From Tubiluchus corallicola (lineage: Eukaryota > Animalia > Priapulida), in assembly GCA_030141605.1 (NCBI GenBank), contig JAQGDQ010000274.1, positions 186,001-250,000 on the forward strand: 64,000 bases of DNA, in the 5' to 3' direction. The notes below the pieces were generated by a model that did no database searches, was not told the origin of the DNA, and saw nothing but the letters and a program-made list of their open reading frames with translations. Both the position numbers and the translations under genes were made by a program. The number at the start of each line of letters is the position of its first letter. The first letter of the stretch is position 1. Below are positions 1 through 41,503 of the stretch, one piece after another.

Positions 1-550
1 ACTCGCGCGACCATCTTAAACTGCAGCTGAAAAGAATCTACTGTTTAAACTATTGAAAGGAAACATGCTATTTTTTCAAAAATGACTTACGTAGAAAAAC
101 TATTACCACGCAAACACAATTTCGCGTTCGCGCCACTAGTTCTTCGCTGTTACATGCATTTGACAATTTGTTAGTTAGACGGGCACTAGCGCCTGCATTT
201 CGGAAACGCATTGCACAAAAATAGGTGCTGTACCTCTCAGTTCAGATGTGTTAGTTTGTAACGAACTCCACACGTTTGACAGCTCTTGAGCTCATGGGCA
301 CAGCAGTAAATTTGAAATTTGAATTTTTATCTTAAAACTTGCCTATCTTACAAGTAGCACTGTACTTCAATATTCGCATTCGCAAATACGTGCAATGTTT
401 ATGCTGTTGAAATTTACGTTAGTTTGTGACGTCATGACTTAATTATTATTTAATTATCAGAAATGCTTCTGCAGCATTAATTGTGTTAAAATGTATACTT
501 TTATCGGATTTGAAAATGGAGTAGTATATGAAAAATCATCCTGTCTTCCT
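1..550 (+). mobile_element. MITE family A (Kolobok-like), copy 1, left end outside the window
   Basis: Same sequence as 9321-9917; ends TCCTGTCTTCCT followed by TTAA. Confidence 0.8.
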
Positions 551-780
551 TTAAGTTGAAATAAACAAATCTGTGATATATATCATTCGTGTGAACGTAA
601 CTAAACAGTAATTTACAACCGTCAAGTATGAGTTAACAAAAGTAATTTTCGTGTTCGTATGTTCAACGTTTCACGATTTGACGCTTGTATATAGCCAATA
701 ACTCACCTAATGCCGCAAAGTTGTAGTTTACGAAGCTGAAATTGAGCGGTAATGTGTGTTTTTTGCTCGAATCGTTTCAG

Positions 781-28647
<27,867 letters not shown>

Positions 28648-28915
28648 GTGCCGACACGATCCGCTTCCCTGAGTCTCTTAATGGTCTTAGCCGACTGCTT
28701 GTTATATATTGCGAATGGCACCCGAGACTGTAGTTTGTTCGTGTGTACGTTGACTTGAATATTTTAGAAGAAGATGACTAACGTTCGTCATCAACTAGTG
28801 TTCTGCTCATTCATATCCCAGAATTCTATTTTGAGGGAAATTCCATCATTGTTGCTGTGTGACAAGATAGTTGGTTGTAGCCAGAGTGAAAGTTGGGTAT
28901 GAAACTGCTAAATAA

Positions 28916-29656
28916 CGGCACGTTCACACTAGCAAGTTTTCTCGTCAACTAAACGCGTCAAGTAATTTGTAAGAGTGTTCAGACTAGAGAGTTGCTCTCC
29001 CACAGTAACCACGAGCTGGCACTCACTTCTCTATTCACTGCGAGAAACTTGCTAAGTAACTGACAAGCATGTTCAGGCTAGAGAGCAAAACTTGCTGCGA
29101 GTTACTCTCCTACAGTTACCACGAGCTGACACTCACTTCTCTATCCACTGCAAGAAACTCGCCGAGTAACTCGCAAGAGTGTTCAGACTAGAGAGCAAAA
29201 CTTGCTGTGAGTTACTCTCCAATAGTTACCACGAGCTGGCACTCACTTCTCTATTCACTGCGAGAAACTTGTCAAGTAACTCACAAGCATGTTCAGACTA
29301 GAGAGCAAAACTTGCTGCGAGTTATTTTCCCGCAGTAACCACGTGCTGACACTCACTCCTCTGTTTCCTGCGAGCACTGTCGAGAGTAACTCACAGGCAG
29401 TTCAGACTACAGAGCAAAATTTGGTGCGAGTTACTCTCCCACAGTAACCACGAGCTGACACTCACTTTTCTATTCACTGCCGAAAGTAACTCGCCGAAGC
29501 GTTCACACTAGACAATACCTCGTAGGAAATCAACTCAGCAAATACCAGAGAGTTTGCAATAACTTTCCGACAGTAACTCGCAAAGCAGCTCACACTTACG
29601 AGTTTGTTGTGAGAGAGAAAACTCGTTAAAGAAAACTCTCTAATCTAAACGCAACG
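28916..29656. mobile_element. Harbinger-like MITE with 110-bp internal repeats, 3' of the Dscam stop
   Basis: TAA|CGGCACGTTCACACTAGCAAGTTTTCT ... AGAAAACTCTCTAATCTAAACGCAACG|TAA; units beginning gttcagactaga at 28977, 29071, 29181, 29291 and 29400. Confidence 0.7.
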
Positions 29657-30137
29657 TAATACTCAAGAAATAACTTAAAGCCAAATTGATTGGACAGCGA
29701 ATGGCTAATCAAAAATACTTGCAACAATAACGATCACCCCCCGGGATTGGATAACACGATAAATGGCACTTCGTTGGCTTCCCGAAACTAATTTTTGAAG
29801 CCTTTTGTGATTTTCGTAAGATTATAAACATTTAAACGAACGCATTGTAACATTTTGAATTACAACATGGAACGACAGCATTTTTATATATTGGTGTAAT
29901 CCTTTTTTAAACATATAATTGTTTCAAGATCAAGTAAAACATGTGAACCCACACACGAGTTATTGTTTGGTAAACAAAAGCTACAACATATTACACGTTG
30001 TGACCCACATGATGCTACAGACTACGATATTCAGTCATGCAGAGTGTATGCTAATTTAGCTAAATATCATTCAAAAGTTTAGTAGTATAGAAAGAGGGTT
30101 AAATTGGTAAATTCATTAACTTGAACTGAGTGAGCGT

Positions 30138-31220
30138 ATAAGATAAGATAAGATAAGATAAGATAAGATAAGATAAGATAAGATAAGATAAGATAAGATA
30201 AGATAAGATAAGATAAGATAAGATAAGATAAGATAAGATAAGATAAGATAAGATAAGATAAGATAAGATAAGATAAGATAAGATAAGATAAGATAAGATA
30301 AGATAAGATAAGATAAGATAAGATAAGATAAGATAAGATAAGATAAGATAAGATAAGATAAGATAAGATAAGATAAGATAAGATAAGATAAGATAAGATA
30401 AGATAAGATAAGATAAGATAAGATAAGATATAAGATAAGATATAAGATAAGATATAAGATAAGATGAGGATGAGGATGAGGATGAGGACTTGGATGCGGA
30501 TGCGGATGAGATGAGATGAGGTGAGATGAGATGTGGATGCGGATGAGATGAGATGAGGATGAGGATGAGGATGAGGATGTGGATGTGGATGAAGATAAGG
30601 ATGAGGATGAGGATAGAGATGAGATGAGGATGTGGATGAGGAAAAGGATGTGGATGAGGATGTGGATGAGGATGAAGATGAGATGAGATGAGATGAGATA
30701 CGATAAGAATGTTTATTTCACAACAACAATGAAATAGAAACAAAAATGGTCTCACTTTAAATATAAATTAGATAACATCGTGAGGAGGACGAAGGCGCAA
30801 GCTATCTAGTCGTCCCCCAGAGGAATTACTACACAGTTTATGCAGTTTGAACAATTCATTACATACTTGATTTGGACTAGTATCTTATGCATGTTCAATT
30901 GTTTTAAGAAATAATAAGCATCAAATAACAATGTTTGAACAAATATGACAAATAACAGTTATACATAGATATTAACATTTTATACTAGATCGCGAATATT
31001 TTGATAATAGATTATATTTTATAACCTTTTTAAATTGATAGTGATATAATTCTTTAATATTGAAAGGTTTTTCATTCCACAGTATTATAGCTTTAAAAGT
31101 TATTGTTTTCGTAAATAGATAAGTTCTATGGGGTGGCATGTATTAGTTATTACGTGCATATCTTGTATTGTAATTGTGAATTTCACCGATTGGTTGGAAA
31201 TATGATTGAAATGCAGTTAC
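30138..31220 (-). mobile_element. CR1/Crack-group LINE 3' end with (ATCTT)n tail
   Basis: Minus strand reads FQPIGEIHNYNTRYARNN*YMPPHRTYLFTKTITFKAIILWNE...FKKV, then a 3' UTR with AATAAA and a long pentamer tail. Confidence 0.65.
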
Positions 31221-31827
31221 AGTGACTTACTCATATGGTTCTATGGCATTCAACAAGATCAAGAAGTTGAGTAGGCTGAGTATTATCGCGCCAGAAAAGT
31301 TGACTATTTTTATGTAACACATTTTGACACTCTCTTAATCCACAGTTGTTACTAGTAACACATTTACTGAGTTACTACTTATTACATGCTTGCATGCAAA
31401 CGTTAGATACACGGCGAGTTAATTTATTGATTTTTGCGTTACTCAAAAGGCTTAAATGGAAACTTGAGGGGTTGGTTTATAGGCTTATTCAAACGAGTTA
31501 AGCCCGGCGTGTCGACTGGTCGAGCCACAAATTGAATTACAGTAGTTAACCTCCTCTATGCTGTACCACTTAGAACACTTACATTATAACAATTTAATAA
31601 CCTTATAAAATGACTCTATTCGTTTCAGATTTGTTTGTAAATAATTTCTCGCGGTACACGAAGTTTATTGGCCGGTCTCATTATTGATTTCTGCACTCGG
31701 TAAAGACGTAAACAGTGCAGTTTGCTGTCATAAAATTTCCTTTTGACATTTGATGCTCTAGGCGACGTGTGAAACAAAACCGAGCAGCAAGTTTCGTCGC
31801 GTTTGAGTTAAATCGAGCGTGAGCAAC

Positions 31828-32421
31828 ATGTAAAATCACAGGTAAAAAAGTCACAAATAAAAAGTCATAGGAAAAGAATCACAAGTAAAAAGTCAAGAAA
31901 AAGTCACAGATAAAAAGTCGCAGGTAAAAATTCGCAGGAAAGGAGTCACAGGTAAAAGGCACAAGTAAAAAGTCACAGGTAAAAAAGTCACGGGTAAAAA
32001 GTCACAGGTAAAAAGCCACCGGTAAAAAAGTCACAGGAAAAATCACAGGTAAAAAGCCACAGGCAAAAAAGTCAGGTAAAAAGCCACAGGTAAAAAAGTC
32101 ACGGGTAAAAAGCCACAGCTAAAAAGCCACGGGTAAAAAGTCACAGGTAAAAAGCCACAGGTAAAAAAGTCACAGGAAAAGCCACAGGCAAAAAAGTCAC
32201 AGGTAAAAAGTCGCAGGAAAAAAGTCACAGGTAGAAAGCTACAGGAAAGTTTGATAGGAAAAAAGCGCAGAGAACAGAAAAAACCTAATCCTAATCCTAA
32301 CTCTAACCCTAACTATAACTCTTAATCCTTGCCAAAATTGCGACTTTTCTGTGTCTTTCTTTCCTAACCAAAATTGTGACCTTTTCGGTGCCTTTTTTCC
32401 GTTGACTTTATTACCGGTCAC
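31828..32421 (-). mobile_element. Helentron-associated (HINE-like) element with amplified subterminal repeat
   Basis: Array of about 15-bp (aaaagtcacaggtaa)n, a short (cctaac/cctaat)n tract, inverted tgtgacctttt motifs, and a terminus ccggtcacc followed by an A run. Confidence 0.55.
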
Positions 32422-32515
32422 CAAAAGAAGCCCGTTGTATTTTATTAGAGCAAAGCTTTTTAACCTATTTATTTGCTGTTTTCGCACATCCCTGGATAAG
32501 CACGAGCCTAGCATG

Positions 32516-33175
32516 ACGTCAGTAAAAATTTCAAAAGTTCATTTCATAAAACAAAATCAGACGTATCGTGACCCAGGCCAAACTGCACCAAGTTACCTTA
32601 TTGCGTTCAGATGTCAGTAAAATTTCAAAAGTTCATTTCATAAAACAAAATCAGACGTATGGTGACCCAGGCCAAACTGCACCAAGTTACCTTATTGTGT
32701 TCAGACATCAGTAAAATTCCAAAAGCTCATTTCATAAAACAAAATCAGACGCATCGCGACGCAGGCCAAACTGCACCAAGTTACCTTATTGTGTTCAGAC
32801 GTCAGTAAAATTTCAAAAGCTCATTTCATAAAACAAAATCAGACGTATCGCGACACAGGCCTGACTGCACCAAGTTACCTTATTGTGTTCAGACGTCAGT
32901 AAAATTTCAAAAGCTCATTTCATAAAACAAAATCAGACGTATCGCGACCCAGGCCTGACTGCACCAAGTTACCTTATTGTGTTCAGACGTCAGTAAAATT
33001 TCAAAAGCTCATTTCATAAAACAAAATCAGACGTATCGCGACACAGGCCTGACTGCACCAAGTTACCTTATTGTGTTCAGACGTCAGTAAAATTTCAAAA
33101 GCTCATTTCATAAAACAAAATCAGACGTATCGCGACCCAGGCCAAACGGCACCAAGTTACCTTATTGTGTTCAAA
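32516..33175. repeat. About 94-bp tandem repeat, 7 copies
   Basis: gacgtcagtaaaatttcaaaagctcatttcataaaacaaaatcagacgtatcgcgacccaggccaaactgcaccaagttaccttattgtgttca. Confidence 0.92.
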
Positions 33176-33342
33176 CACATCTTTCACGCGAGTAACATTT
33201 CTTGAGCAAGTAATTATTATCAGTTAGATGGTGTCTGGATGGGTTTGTGTTATTTTTAAGCGAAATTATTGGCTTTGATTGTATGTTCGTGAAAGTCTCA
33301 GGGGTCAGACGTTCATAGAGTAACAGACATCAACAGGTGGGG

Positions 33343-33635
33343 CGTGCCAATGTTTTACAACGTATAACAACGTGTCATGTTTTAGAACGTATCACGAGGT
33401 ACCATGTTTTACAACGTGTAACGACGTGCCATTTGTTACAACGTGTAACGACACGCCATTTCTTAGAACCTATGACGACGTGCAATTTCTTAGAACGTAT
33501 AGCGATGCGCCATTTATTGGAACGTATAACTACTACTACGACTACTACTACTACCACTACCACTATCACTACTACCACTAATAAAGGTGATTGAACTGGC
33601 AGAATGGTAGCAGCAGTAGTAGTCGTACTACTACA

Positions 33636-33696
<61 letters not shown>

Positions 33697-33714
33697 TTAC
33701 TACTACTTCTACTT

Positions 33715-33799
<85 letters not shown>

Positions 33800-33890
33800 C
33801 ACCACCACCACCACCACCACCACCACCACCACCACCACCACTATCACCACCACCACCACCACTACGACTACTACTACTACTGCTGCTACC
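33343..33890. repeat. 27-bp minisatellite (about 7 copies) followed by (CTA)n/(CCA)n
   Basis: gtgccatgttttacaacgtataacgac variants at 33343-33530, then trinucleotide tracts. Confidence 0.85.
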
Positions 33891-33939
33891 ACTCTACCAA
33901 TTCAGCCACCTTTACAGTCAACCATTGTGTTGGTAAGAA

Positions 33940-34125
33940 TAACAACGCATGCGCAGACGATTTTCTACTCCGTATTAGCGATCACAATGTCACCGTGCCA
34001 CGATGATGGCTTCAATTGACGCGTCAAGCGTGCTGCAAGTTGTGATGTCCGATGAACAGCGTGTTTTGTCATTTGTAAACGTGTTTGTCTTCAACTTGAG
34101 TGACGTTCTCTGACGTGTGTACACA
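33940..34125 (+). promoter_or_regulatory. Candidate promoter region of the signal-peptide exon
   Basis: CpG-richer unique sequence with an NRF1-like CGCATGCGC near 33946 and two TGACGT (CRE-like) sites at 34101-34116; inference only. Confidence 0.3.
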
Positions 34126-34336
34126 GTTTAATGACTGTATGTTCAGAGAACAGGTGAAATACTTGTCAAACAGCAGAAAAACCAATTACTCTAATCAAAA
34201 TGCTGACAAAGAAACGCGTTTAAAGTCGTCTATAACTTCATTTTTTGTGTCAAGAAAGAGAGGAAGCCATTCAGTGTTTATGCCTGTGTACGAGCCGGAA
34301 TAAGTTTACTTTCACTGTTGTCAACAAAAATTTATC

Positions 34337-34400
34337 ATGGATGGAAGCTGCTTGATTTTGCTGATTCCGTGCGTCACTCTTATCATGATTCATATTTTCA
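34337..34400 (+). CDS. Probable first coding exon (signal peptide) of a second, unidentified secreted or cell-surface gene
   Basis: Kozak-like atcATGG, MDGSCLILLIPCVTLIMIHIF, then a consensus gtaagt donor in phase 1, preceded by non-repetitive promoter-like sequence. Confidence 0.55.
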
Positions 34401-34814
34401 GTAAGTAATACTACTTTTACTTTATCGTCTAAATAATATATTTTGTTTGGAAACTTTGCAGTATCGCTGCTTTTTGCTTTTTTTGCAATGATTCGTATTT
34501 AAGTTTTGAAGCAGTTAATGTATTAAAAGAAACGCTAAGGTTTATAAATGTGATTCGAATTGGGAAATGGGATAAGACCACCGTATCTGTAAACGTGGTG
34601 TAATGTACAGTCCTAATAAGTACTACAGTTACTTACCCGAGTTTGGGTTGCCTAACTGGAGACAGTGGTACAAAGGCTAACTTTCAAGTAGGCTGCAAAG
34701 CTGTATTATTTCTAGTAACAAACTTTCAGCGATGTGAACAAAGTTAGTTCTGTTTGACTCCACCTTTCTGTATGTTCTCATTCTTTCTTTCTTTGTTTCT
34801 CCTTCGCCCCATCT

Positions 34815-35163
<349 letters not shown>

Positions 35164-35804
35164 AGCTAATTCGGAAATTACCCTTTGCAAGAATGCAGTC
35201 AAACTTCACACAGTCCACTACGACAGCTTGTTACAAAATCACAATGGTGAATTTTCTGTGTTTCCTTGTTTTCCTTACTTTATTCTTCTTTCTCTTTCTC
35301 GTACACACCTTTTCTGTCTCTTCCGCAGCATCCTTCCTCTGCTTAACATGCAACACTTACGACTACCTCTATAAAACAGTGCATTTTAAAGGGTTATGCT
35401 TTGTTACTCAAACATTAATAACTGACAGTATTATATTATATTCTTACTTAAAAATGGATGAGGTTTCATGAAGCCAACACTGTGCAGAAAAACCGTATGG
35501 CTTCGGTAACCTTTCTAATAATCCCCGATGGTACTAAACGTGCATAATCATGGCGGCGAGAAATCATAACCAAGCTTCTATAGTTGCGTGCCAACTGATT
35601 AGATGCTCTTTGAAGGGTCATTTATCACGGTGAACACATTAGTTACTTCCGTTTTAATCGAGATACCTAGGTCACATTAGCAGAAGTGGAAATCAACTTT
35701 TTTCTTTGTTCTGAGTTACTTCGTGCAACAATTACTCACGAAGCAGCCTGAGAAATATGTGGCACATTTTAGTGAAGAAAATTACAAATACAATTACATA
35801 GCAT

Positions 35805-35975
35805 GATTTATGGGCACTTTTCTAAAAACTGAAGATGATATTAAAAGTAGAAAGCAGCAAGTAATGCATACTTTCAGCACAAGAATCTATTAACTAGCAA
35901 GAATTTAGGTCTTGACCTAAGACTTCGATTATTTAACGCTTACGTTACCAGCATATTCATGTACAACAGTGAAGC
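35805..35975 (+). mobile_element. RTE-clade LINE internal fragment
   Basis: GTFLKTEDDIKSRK...LRLRLFNAYVTSIFMYNSE; overlaps 22645-22720 in sequence. Confidence 0.65.
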
Positions 35976-36550
35976 TGTACTGCAGTAATCTTAAAATGCA
36001 TGTGTAAAAAAGCGAAGCTGTTCTGCAGTAATCGTAAAATGCATGTGTAAAAAATTGAAGATGTTCTGCAGTAATCGTAAAATGCATGTGTAAAAAATTG
36101 AAGCTGTTCTGCGATAATCGTAAAATGCATGTGTAAGAAATTGAAGATATTCTGCAGGAATCGTAAAATGCATGTGTAAAAAAGCGAAGCTGTTCTGCAG
36201 TAATCGTAAAATGCATGTGTAAAAATTTGAAGCTGTTCTGCAGTAATCGTAAAATGCACGTGTAAAAAAGCTAAACCGTGCTGCAGTAATTGTAAAATGC
36301 ATGTGTAAAAAGCGAAGCTGTTCTGCAGTAACGGTAAAATGCATGTGTTAAAAAGCGAAGCCGTTCTGCAGTAATGGTAAAATGCATGTGTAAAAAAAGC
36401 TAAGCTGTTCTGCAGTAATTGTAAAGTGCATGTGTAAAAAAGCGAAGCTGTTCTGCAGTAATGGTAAAATGCATGTGTTAAAAAGCGAAGCCGTGCTGCA
36501 GTAATCGTAAAATGCATGTGTAAAAAAGCGAAGCCGTTCTGTAGTAATTA
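35970..36550. repeat. About 43-bp minisatellite, about 13 copies
   Basis: gaagctgttctgcagtaatcgtaaaatgcatgtgtaaaaaagc. Confidence 0.92.
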
Positions 36551-37092
36551 AATATAAACAATAGCCCTTTGTAAAGCTCAATGCTTGGAACGCAGCTTGT
36601 TTGTTAAATAAATTAATTTTTGAAAAACGACATGAGCCGTAAAGGTCATTAGTAATTGGTGGAAACTAATTATGCTTTGCAAACGACTCCGCAAAATATT
36701 ATTTATAATTTTCATAAATTTTCGTTCAAGTGCCGCGTTATTGACGAACGTTATTATCATTTTCTACATGAGTTCACTCATTCACTATAAACAAATGTTG
36801 TATCTATGCTCGCCTTCTCGCACGATCTGTGAAAATGTATTTTTAATAATTAAACATTGCAGTTTATGTGCCATTTTATTATAATTATGATCTCAATATA
36901 CGAAGAACACTTAGTGTTAGTTTGAGTGCATACAGATCATGAATCCACCAGACTCTTGGCAGCAGGACTGGCACAATGAGATCGCTGATAAGCTCGGCCG
37001 ATGGTGAAAAGTTTCTAGATAAAACATGTTCACAGATTGGTAGAGCTTACTAAGCCGATGTTAGCTTTAGCTCAAATGTGCTTGTTCACCAG

Positions 37093-37139
37093 TTTCTCTC
37101 TATCTCCCCCCCTCCTCTCTCTCCCTCCCCCCCTCTCTC

Positions 37140-37193
<54 letters not shown>

Positions 37194-37235
37194 GTGTTTC
37201 TCTCTTTCCCTCCCTCTCCCTATCTCTCTCTCTCC

Positions 37236-37306
<71 letters not shown>

Positions 37307-37338
37307 GCCTCATTCTCTCTCTCTTTCTCTTTCTCTCC

Positions 37339-37394
<56 letters not shown>

Positions 37395-37436
37395 GTGTTT
37401 CTCTCTTTCCCTCCCTCTCCCTATCTCTCTCTCTCC

Positions 37437-37497
<61 letters not shown>

Positions 37498-37529
37498 GCC
37501 TCATTCTCTCTCTCTTTCTCTTTCTCTCC

Positions 37530-37590
<61 letters not shown>

Positions 37591-38035
37591 CTCTCTCTTT
37601 TTTCCTTGGCGTATATTGGGGTGCCCGGTGCAAATTGTTTAGGCAGTCTTTTTATAAAGATATAAAGGAGGATGATAAAATTGTATCGCAAATAAAATAA
37701 AATGAAATGAAATGAAATGAAATGAAATGAAATGAAATGAAAAGAAAAGAAAAGAAAAGAAATGAAATGAAATGAAATGAAATGAAATGAAATGAAATGA
37801 AATGAAATGAAATGAAATAAAATGAAATGAAATGAAATAAAATAAAATAAAATAAAATAAAATAAAATAAAATAAAATAAAATAAAATAAAATAAAATAA
37901 AATAAAATAAAATAAAATAAAATAAAATAAAATAAAATAAAATAAAATAAAATAAAGTGAAATTAAATGAAATGAAATAAAATAAAATAGAATAAAACAA
38001 AATAAAATGCATTAAAATGAAATAAAATAAAATAA
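37093..38035. repeat. (CT)n tract with a 200-bp internal duplication, then (AAATG/AAAAG/AAAAT)n
   Basis: ctgtgtttctctctttccctccc occurs near 37192 and 37392; pentamers at 37690-38035. Confidence 0.92.
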
Positions 38036-38465
38036 TTTTTTCTTTAATTGTTTAATTTATGAAAAATATATTTTGCTGAAGAAACTATTTTTTCTTCTAT
38101 GTTCATATACATGGTTCATTTTAACGTACACAGCAATGCAAAAGCGAAATGAATTTGTTACCGAATCAATCACACAGGATACCCGATCACTAAAATGGTT
38201 TAAAAATACTTTAGCCTTTGACAGAATCCGTCTTGCATCCTTTGAGAAAACCCGACAATGTTTAAGATGGAGAAAGTGATCTTTGAGCCGAGGCACCAAA
38301 ACCTCCTCGCCATGACTGCTCATCAGTAATGGCGCTCCAAACGAACAGATCTGCTACTCGCCAGGTAGAAATGAAATAGAAACATGATTGGAATTTACAA
38401 CCTTATTTTACCCCAGTGCATGAGCATCACAAAATTATAGAGAAAATGTACAGTAACATACAAAT

Positions 38466-39167
38466 TTTTATTATTAAAACAACACACAACTTTTCTTAAA
38501 AACCTTAATTTGCAACTGTTTAAAAACATGTCCAAATGTTTCGACAACAATCAGCTGTCGTCATCAGTGGTACACTATACAAACAACAACCAGTTTACAT
38601 AGACAGAGCTTACAGTATAGAAAATTATGCACTAATTACGTATTTATAAAGAAGCCAAAGTATCTAGCAGAGCCTATTATGCACTAATTAAGTAATTAAC
38701 AAAAGCCGAATAGGCAATGAATAAGGAGACCAGTAAAGAAATTGATACATCAACTTAAGCACCAATTATGTATTTATAAAAGCCAAATAGGTAGTGAATG
38801 ATTAAGCAGACCTGTAGAAAAGAAACTGATGCAATAACAAATAGCTAAGTGATTAAAATAAAGTTAATGGGATTGAAATGCTTTGCGCGTTAAGAGGAGG
38901 CTTATTAGGGTACATAGATAAACTTTCTTTTATGAATAAGTCACAGTTATTTGTAGATCTGATTTATTCATTATTTTGGTTTTTTGTAAATATATAATTA
39001 GTGCATAATTTTCCATACAGTAGGCTCTGCTTACATAAACAGGTTTGTTGTTTGTATAGTGTACCACTGGTGATGACAGCTGATTGCTGTAGAAACCTTT
39101 GGACATGTTTCTTAAACTGTTGCAAACTGAAGTTTTCAATAAAACATGTGTTGTTTTAGTAATAAAT
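38466..39167. mobile_element. Penelope-like inverted repeat with a hammerhead-like core
   Basis: About 185-bp arms (38466-38650, 38980-39167); minus strand of 38530-38570 reads cca CTGATGA c gacagc tgatt gttgtc GAAAC attt ggaca. Confidence 0.65.
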
Positions 39168-39689
39168 GCTGTAAAGTGCCTGTATAAATTGACTTAAAAT
39201 ACAAATAAACATTATTTATAGACAAACAAACAGCATTAAAAATGCTAAAGGGTAAAAATGAAGTAAAACAAGAAACATGTAAAAATACAGTTACATTACA
39301 AGCGTACTGCGTGATGTGCTATAAGCTATCATAAATCATTGAAACGTCCTATATTCGAGGAGTTTCTTCAAGCATCAAACAGCCAAGTTTTCAGTCGACT
39401 ATCGTACTTTTGAAAGCTGAGTGTGAACTTTGCGCGCGTATGTAGCAGTTTCCATGATCAAGATTGCACAATTTGCCATAGACATGCGTACCTAATGAAC
39501 TGCGGTTGGCAGTAGTGACAGTGTCGTAGGCAAATGATGCCAATTTCGTACAAGTGATCACGTGACATCTTGATCACGTGTTTGGCGTGAGCTTAGTTTT
39601 TACAAGTAAATGAAACCAATTTAAATGAGTCATATAAGCCATGATCATGCATGCTTTACATTATACACAAGAACTACATGTGGATGTCA

Positions 39690-40156
39690 ACTCATTTATT
39701 CCTTTGTTCATTCGCTCATTCATTCATTCATTCATTTCATCCGTCCGTTCGTTCGTTCATTGATTCATTATTTTCTTTATTCATTCGCTCATTCATTCAT
39801 TCATTCGTTTATTTATCTATTCAGTGAGTCAATCATTTATTCATTCGTTCATTCGTTCATTTATTCATTTATTCAATCAATCAATCATTCTTTCGTTCGT
39901 TCATCAAGTTATCTATTCATATATTTATTCAGTCATTAATTAACTTATTTATTTGTTCATTCATTCGTTTATTAATTAATTAATTAATTAATTCAATCAT
40001 TCATTCATCCATTCATTTTTCGTTCATTCAGTCACTCAGTTGGTCAGTCGATCAGTCAGTCAGTCAGTCAGTCAGTCAGTCAGTCAGTCAGTCAGTCAGT
40101 CAGTCAGTCAGTCAGTCAGTCAGTCAGTCAGTCAGTCAGTCAGTCAGCCAGTCAGC

Positions 40157-40199
<43 letters not shown>

Positions 40200-40200
40200 C
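39690..40200. repeat. (TCAT)n grading into (TCAG)n
   Basis: Direct reading. Confidence 0.9.
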
Positions 40201-40789
40201 CTTATCCGCCAACCATCAGTCCATCAAGCATTTATTTAATGATTCGATTAATATATATTTTGTTTTTAATAAATAGCAGACGGCCACGTTTTGTTATCTT
40301 GTTATTGAAAAGAGGGCAAAGATCTTCCGTATTGTTCATTTTCCTGGAAATCCTTACAAGCTGGCGGCTACCTGTCAAAACACGTTTTCTCCCAACTCTG
40401 TGCATATCTCAGGCTTATGTAACACGGAAAATTATGAAAACTGTCAAGCCGCGGGCAGCTGATCAATTATGTCAACAGCGAGGAAATGCGATTCAGGGAT
40501 AAGACGGACCTGTTTTATTGGGAAAAATCCGGAATGAGTGGCGGCTCGAGGTTGGAGGAGGATTATTTCCAGACTACTTTTGGTTTGCTCTACGTGTTCA
40601 CGCGGTATTTCTGGCGAGATAGATCTCATTAAAAGGGTTTAGAGAGGGATTAGACCACGTGAAGCGTGTTGTTGAAACGCAGTTTTCAAGAGAATGAGTT
40701 TTAGAGTTGATTGACAACACTCTGTAATGTAGTTACTCGTGCTGATTGTGCTGCGCGAACATCAACCTGTAGTTTCTTCGAACGAAGAC

Positions 40790-41104
40790 ACGATGATTTT
40801 TCATATACTGCCCCATTTTTAAGTACGATAAAAAGTATACATTTTAACACCAATAACACTGCAAAAGTGTTTCTGATAATTCCGCAATAGATTAAAGTCT
40901 TAGTTAACGATGTCGAATCTAACTGTTGATGACATCACAAACTAACATAAGTTCCAACAGCAAAAACATTCCACGAGCGTACTGCACGTGTTTGTGAAAG
41001 CGAAGATTGAAGTACAGTGCTGCTGTAAGATATTTAGTGTGTTGTACTAAAACTAGGCAAGTTTTGAAATAAAAATTCAAATTTCAAATTTACCGCTGTG
41101 CTCA
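40790..41104 (-). mobile_element. MITE family A, partial inverted copy
   Basis: Reverse complement of the 3' half of family A. Confidence 0.75.
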
Positions 41105-41503
41105 CTTCACTTGAGTCGAGTGACCACGTCCAGCTAAATATGTATCTACTGACCAATTTTTGTTCGGTGAAAGTTGTAGTCACCTTCTGAAGTGACAGTT
41201 AAATACCTATTATAACCAAATGCTGGTTTTTAATCACGCGTTAATTCAGCCAGAATTTTATTATTACATCTAAATAGAGGTGCAGACTGGAGACCCACAC
41301 TTTTTGCGCAGTCTCTTTGGTCAAAATTTTTTGATTTTAATACTTTTTAATCCGGTGACCAAGACCTTTGACATTTGGGCCCGAACAGCAACGCGTTACG
41401 GGGTCATGCTCAGATCCACTTCCGTGTCAAGTGCTTTGATTATTGGCTTCAATCGTTTCAATTTTATGGTGTGAATAAACTGACAGTTCGATACGACTAA
41501 AAA

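Noticed and set aside
38057-38365. ORFs and a possible exon in unique-looking sequence
   Set aside because: All three + frames after the best acceptor hit stops, and the minus ORF has no recognisable motif
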